A stretch of DNA of 50,676 nucleotides from NCBI GenBank assembly GCA_001938485.1, contig MQRK01228241.1, positions 1 to 50,676 of the forward strand. The letters run 5' to 3'. Origin of the DNA: Girardia tigrina. Lineage: Eukaryota. Made by a program: the position numbers and the translations under genes. Numbering within the stretch: position 1 is the stretch's first letter; each line of letters opens with the position of its first letter. Shown one piece after another: positions 38,641-49,111 of the stretch. The notes under the pieces are model-generated. The model was not told the origin of the DNA, searched no databases, and saw only the letters and a program-made list of their open reading frames with translations.

Positions 38641-39704
38641 TACGAGATTCTTATAATCAATCATTTATAAAATATAATATAAATGCACAGTAACAATATG
38701 CAAATGTTTGATTCTTTCTCCTACTTATTTCTGTAGCAAAACAACAGACGCATTGAAATTTATAATTTTATTTTTCAATATTTTGAATTTATAATTAATA
38801 ACCGTATTTATTCGTTTTCGAAAATTATTTTTATATATAATATTTAATAAATTTTCATTTAGTTATTTATATAATTTAATTTTTCTTATATTTTATTTAT
38901 ATTTAATATTATTATCATATATTTATTTCAGTATTATTCCAATTTAAAACTTATTATTTTGATTAATTTTTCTTTTAATAAATATAAATTTATCGTTAAA
39001 CATAATAATATATAATATAATATAATATTTGTTTTAATTATTTTTTTTCAATAGATTTAAGATAATAAAACATTTGACAACTTTTTCAATAATGGTGTAA
39101 ATAATCATTATTGTGTAGATCAAACTTGATGAGAATTTTTATAGATATTTTAATGATTTTTCTACATTAAAATTATCATCATAAATCGTAATACGGGCCT
39201 AGATTGAATATTTATATTTTATTTCATTGTCTTCTTTTATTTTGTTAAAGAGATGTTGTGATTATGATTTTTATTTTAATAAAACAGGGTGGACCAAGGG
39301 TTACGGACAAAATTTATATTGGCAAAATATGAGTTAAACGATTGAAAGATATTGTATTTAATAACTTAATAAATTATAAGTACCGTTATATAATCATTGT
39401 TAAAGATAATTTTTACGTATATATATTTATTAACTGGGAATTGTAAATATATATCTTTTAAATTTTTAACTATATATCTTTTAAGTTTATAAGATTATAT
39501 AAAAATTTTTTTCAATTACTTGATGATTTTCTTCTGACTCCTTAACTCTATTGATCGATATCCTTTTCGATTCCTGTGACAAGAATAATACCAAAGTATT
39601 ATTTTAAGATATCCCAATAATATGTAAGTGCCATGTAAAAATGTTCCAATCATCTCTCGAACAAAAGGAGTTATTGCAAGATTGATGTAATATAATTTAT
39701 AAGA

Positions 39705-39912
39705 AAACAAGCACTAGCAAAGGTTATGATTGAGGGAAGAGTGGAAGGAGAAAGACCAAGAGAAAGATCAAAGAGGCAATGGATAGTCGATTTAAAAGAA
39801 TGGAGTGGATTGAGTATGGAATGTCTGAGAAAAGTAGCTACAAATAGAGAGATGTGAACAAGGATTGGTTATAATTGATGCACGGCCCAACGGCTAAGGT
39901 CAAAAAGAAGAA
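39705..39912 (+). mobile_element. RTE-clade LINE 3' end
   Basis: LAKVMIEGRVEGERPRERSKRQWIVDLKEWSGLSMECLRKVATNREM*, then CGGCCCAACGGCTAAGG and an AAG tail. Confidence 0.85.
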
Positions 39913-40837
39913 TTTATATAATTATGTTGTCTCTGAAATCTCTTTTCCTGGTTACTAATCTATTTTAATTTTCTTTCTTCTGTTTTATTGTTTATTTTTG
40001 ATGTCTTTGTATGTTAACACATTAAATTTTTATTGTCCTTTTGTAAGACGGTTATCTTAAACATCTTAAAATAATTATTTAAATAATTATTACTATCATA
40101 AAAGTATACCCTAGTAGCTATAATGCTTAATTGATTATTTTTTATCGGTTAACTCTTAATTATTCAAACGCATATTTACTATATTATTATCACTAATTAT
40201 CTCAAAGTTATAATTATCTATATTATTTTATAAAAATATTAAAATTATAAAAATATTACAAACAAAATAAAATTCTGACTGAATAATCTGAGTATTTAAA
40301 ATATTACAAACACCAATCCACTATCCTAATAGAAGAGGTCCCACTGTAAATCCATATGCAAAACACAGAAAAACACTCAATATTAAAATAATATTCGACA
40401 AAATAATAAATATTCTTGTGAATAACTTTAGGAAGACTGTCATATTACCATTTTATAGAAAAGTGTGGTACATATATGCAGGAAATTATCTCGGTAAATA
40501 TTTTCTCAAACATAAAGTATATTTTATAAATAAATATTGTCGATTTTGTGAGAAACTCTTCAAAAATTGATGCTGGAAATAACATAAATGTTAATTCATC
40601 CGTACTGGAAATGGTAGAAATAAATATTCTTTTTTTTTAAATTATCAAATTTTTTATAATATACATATATTAATTTTTTTATTTATATTTCTACCATATA
40701 ATATATTTTTTTAAATTAACATTTTTTTGTCTTTCATTTGGAAGTTTCTTTCAAATTATGTTTTTATTTGATGTATTTTTTTAGTAGATTTTTACAAAAA
40801 AATGAATAAAAGTAAAAAAAATTATTTCCATTTTTAG

Positions 40838-40935
40838 GTAAAGATTATGGATTATTTTTGCCCCACGAGATGAGCAAGAATGGATTGTGGTTGGACAACA
40901 TGAAGAATCTCGTGCAATATATTCTCAAACCCGGT
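40838..40935 (+). CDS. TLN: Talin, coding exon 2 (98 nt)
   Basis: (S)KDYGLFLPHEMSKNGLWLDNMKNLVQYILKPG versus talin SDFGLFLSDDDPKKGIWLEAGKALDYYMLRNG; TTTTTAG acceptor, GTTAGT donor, phase 1 to 0. Confidence 0.93.
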
Positions 40936-41468
40936 GTTAGTTTTGTTTCGTTCGTACAATATATCATAAAATATATAATACATTAAAATATTTTATACAA
41001 TATAAAATAAACGTTCGTGCAGTATATAATATAATATTTTGTTTTGATGTTTTTAATATTTACTTTGCGAGTTCGAGTTTTTCATTGTGTATAATAAAAC
41101 ATTGTGACTTATGAATCTTATATATTCAATAGAATGTTTTAATTTAAAATAATACAAATTATTATTAACTTTATCATTATAAATTATTTTGCCTCCAGCA
41201 TTCTTCGTATTAAATGTCGCTTTTTATTAATAAATTAGGAGTTTTCTTAATATTTCAGTTTTTGTAATTTCTCTTATTATTACATTTAATATATAAAACT
41301 TAACAAAACATTATTTAGCTATATAACTATTTATTAAAAATTCTTACACAGAGTATCCTAAATATATACTGAAATTAAGCTCTATTTATTATTTCGTATT
41401 GAAGAGGAAACAGTGACCCTAGAGGTTTTCAACTTAGATTAATTTACCATTAACATTAATCAAGGTTT

Positions 41469-41724
41469 TTTGTGGTATAGTAGCCGTTGAGCCTTCAATT
41501 ATGCACTAGCATTATGGCTTGGTTTTTGTATATTTTTGAGTGTCTCAGAGTCAAGGAACCTAGTGGCGCCTATCTACTCTCCAGGTATGGATGACCGTTG
41601 ACTCCAAGGAGCTCCTCCGCCCTTTGCTAGGTTTTTGTTTTTCATCCTGTTAGGTGTCCACAGGACCTCTTCAACCAGGTTGCTCTGGGTGAGGGAGTCG
41701 GTTTAGTCGCCAACCATTCGACCA
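41469..41724 (-). mobile_element. 256-bp SINE-like retroposon (probably a bipartite non-autonomous RTE derivative)
   Basis: Flanked by the 11-bp direct repeat AATCAAGGTTT (41458-41468 and 41725-41735); GC-rich, non-coding, short A tail. Its 3' GGCTCAACGGCTA resembles the RTE tail at 39.9 kb. Confidence 0.75.
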
Positions 41725-42235
41725 AATCAAGGTTTGGAAGTCACAAAATGAACAATATAGAAAGAATAATAAGTCCATTGGAATAAATATCAGTACTAGA
41801 TAAGACATATATTGAGAAAAAATTAAACATGTTTGTTTTCGAAGTTAAAGAAAAATATTAGAAGATAAAAATCACTTTGAATTCATTGTTCGGAAACGCA
41901 TCGTTTTGACATTGGTAAAAGAATCAAAACTAATTTGCTCGATCGTAGAAAAAAATAACACAATCCTGTTTTAACTGGCCACATTTTTTTTAAATTGAGT
42001 TGTCAAAGAAGTTTACATTTTGCTCATTATATGCCTTTAGCATTTTACACACAAGAGACAAACTTGGGGAGAGCTCTTGAAAATAATTCCATTAGCTAAG
42101 ATTAAAAGATAAAGACGAGAAAGTGGTAAATTATAGGTCTATAAAATTATAGATATATACAAATTAAAATTTAGATTTATTTAAAAATGTAAAGTTTGAA
42201 AAAGAAATTTTTGAGATAGTTTAAAATATAATATA

Positions 42236-43178
42236 CACCCCTGGACAAATTATTCTGAACACTGTCCTATTTAATGAAAAAATCAAGTATATTTATAACA
42301 CAGTAACAAAATAAAAAAATTGAGTAAAAGTTAATATTTAATGAGTGTCCTTCTGGCTTTTAAGGATAATTCGTTACGCCTTGGCATTGATTCCATCAAC
42401 CTTTGACAATTATCTTTGATTTTTGTATCATTGTGGCAGACATCGAAAACTGCTTTTGAAACTTTCTCTAAGGTGGTGCAATCCACTTACCTCATTCATG
42501 TTTTACAAATTGACCATAAATTCTCTATAGGGTTGATGTCAGGTGAATTACCGGGCCAGTCTAAACAATTAACTCCACTGTCAGCAAAAAATTTACTCAC
42601 TGTCTTAGAAGAATGACATGGAACAAGGTGTTGCTGGAAAAATGGATTTTACACTTGTATTCTCAACAACTCTGGAATCATTGCATCATGCAAAACTTTA
42701 ATATATGTTAGACTGTTCATTATCCCCTGGACAAGAACTATTGGTCCGGGACCAGAAAATGAGAAGCAACCCCAAAACATTTGCATTGCAGGAAATTTTA
42801 CTGACTGCTGGATGTGAGCAGGAAAAAGTGGCTTTCCATCTGTTCTGCGGACAAACTTAAATATACAAATTTAGAGATATACCACATTATTTAGAAGTCT
42901 GTCGTTGACCCATACTTGTATGCTTAGATAATGTGATAACCTTAAGACGAGTTACCAATATCGACAATTTAACCTAAAATGAACAAAAATACAATTGAAT
43001 ATTTAGAATTCAAACAATCAAAAAATAGATCAATTAAACCATTGATTCTGTTAAGTTAACAAGTACTTATATAGCATACTTATTCTGAATTTTTAAATAA
43101 AGTATTGGTACCAATAGACATTCAATTACACAAATTAGAAAAAAATTAAGAATGTTCAGATTAATTTGCACAAAAGTG
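42236..43178 (-). mobile_element. Internally deleted Tc1 transposon
   Basis: TA|CACCCCTGGACAAATTATTCTGAACA and TGTTCAGATTAATTTGCACAAAAGTG|TA TIRs; minus-strand MFWGCFS, FQQHLVPCHSS, PGNSPDINPIENLWS and ESMPRR. Confidence 0.9.
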
Positions 43179-43216
43179 TATTGTCTTGTCAGATATTAAA
43201 CTTAAAACGTGAATTG

Positions 43217-43509
43217 ATAGAGAATTCATGGTCCATTTGTAAAACACGGATGATGTAAGTGGATTGCACCACCTTAGAGAAAGTTTCAAAAGCAGTTTTC
43301 GATGTCTGCCACAATGATACAAAAATCAAAGATAATTGTCAAAAGTTGGTGGAATCAATGCCAATGCGTATCAAATTACCCTTAAAAGCCAGAGGGACAC
43401 TCATTAAATATTAACATTTACTCAAATTTTTTATTTTGTTACTGCGTTATAAATATACTTGATTTTTTCATTAAATAGGACAGTGTTCAGATTAATTTGC
43501 GCAAGGGTG
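43217..43509 (+). mobile_element. Inverted 3' fragment of the same Tc1 family
   Basis: Near-identical reverse complement of 42236-42528, ending GCAAGGGTG|TA. Confidence 0.9.
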
Positions 43510-43789
43510 TATAGTGTTTTATGCAATAATGGAAAAGGGCGCTTCGTTTAAACAATCTGAATATCGAACCGCAAAACTAAAAACAATTTAGAATATTTTG
43601 TATTTCCTTACATCGTGATTTTGTTGTTCAAATATTATTTCTTAATTTATTTTACTTTTTTAAAAATATTTATTTCGACATAATCAGTAAAATAACTGTA
43701 TTTTTGTTACGATATTTGCATCTAAACTGGTTTAATAATAACTAACAATTTATATCACAAAATACATATTATTGTATAAAATGATTTAG

Positions 43790-43919
43790 GACACGTTAGA
43801 GTATCGATACAGGTTTCGATGGTTGACCATAAGAACTCAAGACGATATCAAGAAGACCCTTCTAGTCGATGATAGTTGGACGGTGGCTGAATTAATGATA
43901 TTATTATGCGCTAAAATGG
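43790..43919 (+). CDS. TLN: Talin, coding exon 3 (130 nt; F0 end and F1)
   Basis: DTLEYRYRFRWLTIRTQDDIKKTLLVDDSWTVAELMILLCAKM(G) versus DTMEYRKKQRPLKIRMLDGTVKTIMVDDSKTVTDMLMTICARIG; GTAATG donor. The next exon was not found in the window. Confidence 0.95.
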
Positions 43920-44532
43920 GTAATGTTTAACAATATTAATGAATTAAACAAATTTTTTTACCAATTATTTGATGATAATAAATTCCAGTTTTTCAAGTTG
44001 TCCTCTAAAACAATCAACATTTTGAACCTCAAAAAAACAGTTAATTTATTCTGAGATTGAAAAAAAGTTGTTATTGTTAATCCAATTCTAATTGAATTAG
44101 TTTCGTCCTTCGTCGACAGAAAACGTCTCACGTCGTTCTGCCTTTGACCGCTACAAAATGCAAATAAAACGAAATAAATTCCGAAATTTATTGTTTGAAA
44201 ATCATTTTAATAATTTCTGAGATATAAAAAAATTTTAATTAGTTTTTTTCTAAAATTATAAATTTCGTTTTCAATGAGTGAAATGTAAAACTTTAACGTA
44301 AAATGTGAAATTTAAACATAATATTCAAAATAAATATATCATTTATTGATTATTTTTTTTAGAAAAATTAAAAATAAAATTATTAATTAAGAATAATTAT
44401 TGTTTCCATGGGGACGCTTTAATTGAAATTAATCTCTACTTTTTACTCTATTTAATTCTGTACCCCTACTCCTTTTCCCGTTTAAGAGCAAAATTAATGT
44501 ATTTATTATTTTAAATATACAAATTATAATTA

Positions 44533-44973
44533 TTTAAAAACAAAAACACGCCATTTGTTAAATTTATTTTTTGTAAGAGAATCTTTTTTTAAGAGAATCC
44601 AAGAACATGGTCGGAATGTAGGTGGGAGTAATATTGGAGAACACAGAAAGGGTTGTAAGTCGAATGAAAACATAAACATAAATGATTTTCAAATTCTGTG
44701 TTCTTGTTTTAAAAACTATTGGGAGAGGGCGACCTGTGAAGTACTTTATATCAGATCTTTAGATCCTAAGATTAATGTGCAAACGGGTCTCTCGAAAACC
44801 CTATTGAGCGTGTTTAGATGACACAATAATCCACTGATTACATAATCACTGCTTGCCTATATAAGCAGATTTAAAATTCATTTCTTTCTTGAGACCTGAC
44901 GATGACGATTATACCGTCGAAATTAATTGTCGTAAAAAATAAATTTAACAAATGGCGTGTTTTTGTTTTTAAA
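44533..44973 (+). mobile_element. 5'-truncated Penelope-like element with inverted pLTR end
   Basis: RIQEH...IGEH...CEVLYIRSLDPKINVQ GIY-YIG C-terminus; 40-bp perfect inverted repeat at 44533-44572 / 44934-44973; hammerhead in the 3' part. Confidence 0.85.
44886..44939 (+). ncRNA. Minimal type-I hammerhead ribozyme
   Basis: GAC-CTGACGA-T-GACG..CGTC-GAAA-TTAA-TT-GTC; palindromic stem III AATTAATT; stem I GAC/GTC plus imperfect extension. Confidence 0.8.
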
Positions 44974-45060
44974 CATAATTTGCCATCATTTTTTTAATTT
45001 TTATAATTATTTAAATTTTTGTTTTTTATTGATTTTAAGTTATGTTGAACTTTACTGTTG

Positions 45061-45113
<53 letters not shown>

Positions 45114-46199
45114 CTGCCCAAGAGACTAACCGGTCGTAGCAGTTGTTGAGTTCTTGATCAAGATTAAGATTCATTAATACCAAAATTTTATTTCTAAAAC
45201 AAATAAAAATTATTCAAACAGGTTTTCGTCGAGGAACTTTTCTTCGTTTTCTTTTTGACCAGATTTTTATATAAAATTATGGGATTATAAATACTGATAA
45301 GCTATTTTAAAATTGAAATTTTTTTATTCTCTTTATTTTGAAAAATTACATTCCACTATTTTATGCAATTTAATTTAAATTAAAACCAACATAATTGATT
45401 GTAGTCATATCTTTACTAAATTAACAAAAATGATTTTTTATTATTTTAGAATTAGTTTAATGTTATTTTCTTTTATTTGTGAAAATGTTTTTAAGTAATA
45501 AAAGATTTTAACGTTTTATTTTTATCAATATTTCAGTTTAAAAGCATTTTATTATCAACAATTATTTTAAATACAATTTAAATACAAAAAAATAATTTAC
45601 AGTATTCAAATTTATATTATTATTACGATACATTAATGATAAAAGTTTTAATTTTTATTTTTTTACAAAAACTGGTTAGATTTAAGTATTTGTCAAATCT
45701 TTAATTTGCAGATTTTCAAACTGATTTTAAAATTTAAAATTATCTGTTTTTTTAATTTACATCTCTGGTAACAAAGTTCATTATTGTATTTTTTAAAATT
45801 AGTACAAACATAATTATCCTTGTCTTTATATATTTCTTGTAAATCAATTATTTAAAAAAAATCCATTATTTCCCAATTAATTTCATTTTAAGTTTTTACT
45901 CTACAATTAAAATTCGATTATTTCCGAAAATAACTTTTTAAAATTAATTAAGATATATTTTTTAATTATAATTGCTTAGAAAACCTTGGATTTTAAATAT
46001 TTCCTTATTTTAGAAATTCTTTATAAAAATTAATTGTTTCAAAAATTTTAAGAGTGAGCCTGTCCTTCATAGCAGTGTTTTTGCGCTTGATTTGCCGCAG
46101 TCCGTGCTAGGCCCATTTAAAAATTTTTAAATTGATTTTTCATTTAAAATTTATTTTATCATTGTTTATAAAATTCATCAAAACACAAATAAAAATTAT

Positions 46200-47050
46200 A
46201 TTATTTCGTTGTGACACCTGACATATCAACCAGCTACATTATTTGGAATTACAGAAATACATAAAGCAGGTCATTCACTTCGCCCTGTATTATCATGATT
46301 GAGACAGTACAGTAGAATGTCGAAAATGTTCTTGATTTATTAATGTGTCTCCTGATCTCTAATGAATTCGAGATCAGGGATAGCTTTGAATTCAAAGATT
46401 TCATTTTGGATCAGATACCTAAAGGCGATTCTGAACATATAGTTTCATTGGGTGTATCCAGTTTATTTAAGAATGTTACGATAGACGAAACAATTGATTT
46501 ATGTTAAAAATTTTACGGTGATAATTTTGACTTTGTGAATTAAGTAATCAACAAAAACGCAATGAAAGAACTTCTAAAATTTTCTGCAAAAAATGTACTA
46601 TTTTTTAATGATGAATAAGTCCATTGGAATAAATATCAGTACTAGATAAGACATATATTGAGAAAAAATTAAACACGTTTGTTTTCGAAGTTCAGAAAAA
46701 TTAAGTCGCAATGGGTTTCCCTTTAGAACCAACGTTGGCATCAATTTTACGAAGTTTTCTGAGGATAAACTGGATACATACTCTGAAGAAAAACCTTGGT
46801 TTTACAAGGACATGTAGATTATATCTTTCTTGCTTTCAGAAACCAATCCCTTATATTAACATTCTTAAAATTTTTAAATGGTCTACATCTTAATATTAAA
46901 TTCACTACAGAATTTGATGTTAATAACAAACTTCCATTTCTTGATATTATTATCACTAAAATGAATAAGAAATATCGAAATTATACAGAAAGACAACTAA
47001 TACAGGTCTCTACACAACACCACAGAGCTTTTGTAAGGAAAATATAGATA
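46200..47050 (+). mobile_element. Penelope-like reverse transcriptase pseudogene
   Basis: QPATLFGITEIHKAGHSLRPVLS, IVSLGVSSLFKNVTIDETI, VAMGFPLEPTLA, HVDYIF and NIKFTTE...LPFLD. Confidence 0.9.
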
Positions 47051-47094
47051 GGGTATGACAAAGGTTTTAGTTCACAGCCTGACTCGAAAAATTC

Positions 47095-47782
47095 ACACAC
47101 CGACAAATATAAATATGAGATTTACCAGTGAAATCGAATCAGGGGCCAAGATTTCATTTTTAGATGTATTAATTGAAAGAAACTCGAAGGGCTATGAAAC
47201 TGAAGTATTTCGAAAGAGTACTGACACAGGTTTATACAATAATCCTATGAGTTTCTGTGATCCCAAGTACAATAAAAATATGGTGAAAGGATTAATTCAC
47301 AGAATATGGAATTTATCTTCTACGTATTGTGGTGTTTATCTTAAAAGTAGATTAGAAAATAATGGGTACAATAAAAGTTATTTAAATAATTTTATAAAAA
47401 ATACAATTGACTCAATTCATGAAAAATCTAATAATAAAATGAAAACATTATAAATAATGATAGTAGTAATGTATTAAAAACAATAAATTTAAAATTACGA
47501 TTTTCTGAAGTCTGATTTGAGGAAAGGCCTAATGAAAAAGGTTCCTTCGGGTTTTAATTTGCGGGTGATCTTTATAACTTATAAACTATCGAGATATTTC
47601 TCAAATAAATCAAAAACTCCATCGGGTGTCCAAGCTAATCTAGTATATCAATTTAAATGTCACAAGTGTGAATCCTTGTACATTGGAGAAACAAATCGTC
47701 ATCTCCGCACTAGAATAGCTGAACACACCCAATTGAGTAGGAATTGCTCGATTCTAGATCACATTAAAAAATGCAGAAATAG
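47095..47782 (+). mobile_element. Second Penelope-like copy: RT thumb plus GIY-YIG endonuclease
   Basis: MRFTSEIESGAKISFLDVLIER...VFRKSTDTGLY...NLVYQFKCHKCESLYIGETNRHLRTRIAEH; interrupted by an N gap. Confidence 0.92.
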
Positions 47783-47995
47783 ANNNNNNNNNNNNNNNNN
47801 NNNNNNNNNNNNNNNNNNNNNNNNNNNNNNNNNNNNNNNNNNNNNNNNNNNNNNNNNNNNNNNNNNNNNNNNNNNNNNNNNNNNNNNATGTTCAAAGTGA
47901 ATTATCCAATCATATTAAAATCTTTTAATATTAATTAAAAAAAAGATTAATTGCGTAATAGTCAATGTGCCATATAAATGACTTGTAATTTGAAA

Positions 47996-48048
47996 TTTAC
48001 TTCACAGCTGATGATGCCGTAATGGCGAAACATGTTTTGAGAAATAAA
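47996..48048 (+). ncRNA. Minimal type-I hammerhead ribozyme
   Basis: TTTACTTCACAG-CTGATGA-T-GCCG-TAA-TGGC-GAAA-CATG-TT-TTGAGAAATAAA; palindromic stem III AACATGTT; stem I pairs at 10 of 12 positions counting G-U. Confidence 0.85.
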
Positions 48049-48112
48049 AAACTTTTTAAATGGCGTTTGTTATTCATTTTCTTTACAAATAAATTGCCAT
48101 TAAATCTAAATG

Positions 48113-48157
<45 letters not shown>

Positions 48158-48207
48158 NNNNNNNNNNNNNNNNNNNNNNNNNNNNNNNNNNNNNNNNNNN
48201 NNNNNNN

Positions 48208-48238
<31 letters not shown>
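48113..48238. repeat. (AT)n microsatellite spanning an assembly gap
   Basis: AT runs on both sides of an N run. Confidence 0.95.
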
Positions 48239-48242
<4 letters not shown>

Positions 48243-48579
48243 TCGTAATGATTTTTTATCTTTATAACATTTTATTAGGAGTTCTATTTTCTTATTTTAA
48301 TATTAGGCCACCAACGTATGATTATGACACTTTGCAAACCACTTAGATGATAATAAGTTTACCCTATTATTTTCATAAGGAAATAAATATCTTTTACGGT
48401 ACATGCATAAGGGAGGGTAATCCAAGCATTTGTTACGGACTGTTACAGAGAGGTACCGGGGTGTCTAAAAAGTCATTTTTCGCGTTACGTATAATGCAAA
48501 CGAACTCTTGGACAAATTATGTACACAAACACGGGTTAAGAAAGAATTAAATGAAGAAGAAATTGAAGAGCACTAACAA

Positions 48580-48985
48580 ATAATCAAAACATCATATTTC
48601 GAAGAATTTAAAGCATTTAAGAAAACTATTTGCAAGAATAAAAATTAGTTTCAAAGTAGTTTTAATAACATCGAAACTTTAAAACTCTCCCTCGGATAAA
48701 TCGAAAACAACTTGTACATTGCAAGCTAATCTGGTTTATAATTTTGATTGTCACGGGTGTAAAGACTCTTGCATTGGAGAAGACAAATCGTCATCTCAAA
48801 ACCCAGATTATTGAGCATTCACAAAAGTCAATCAAGTAAGGTTCTTGATCATTGGTTACACTGTAAAAATAGAATATTTTTTGTTTTAAAGGAGGAGTTT
48901 TATGTTTTATTGAAAGGCTTTGATTCACATTATGAGCGGCAATTTTGTGAATCATTATTAATAAGACACTGCAACCTATAAAATT
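48580..48985 (+). mobile_element. Third Penelope-like GIY-YIG fragment
   Basis: LQANLVYNFDCHGCKDSCIGE, then after a frameshift RHLKTQIIEH...ERQFCESLLIR. Confidence 0.8.
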
Positions 48986-49073
48986 AAAATTTTGGGTTTC
49001 AGATCCAGATTATTATTTGTATTTTTGTATGTTAGAAGTATAGCTTTTGAACTTAGCTTTCTCTATCTCTCTC

Positions 49074-49111
<38 letters not shown>

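Noticed and set aside
46030-46100. GC-richer patch as talin exon 4 (also candidate acceptors near 45221 and 50595)
   Set aside because: No frame resembles the expected GIxNxxEYSL sequence; exon 4 is probably beyond the window.
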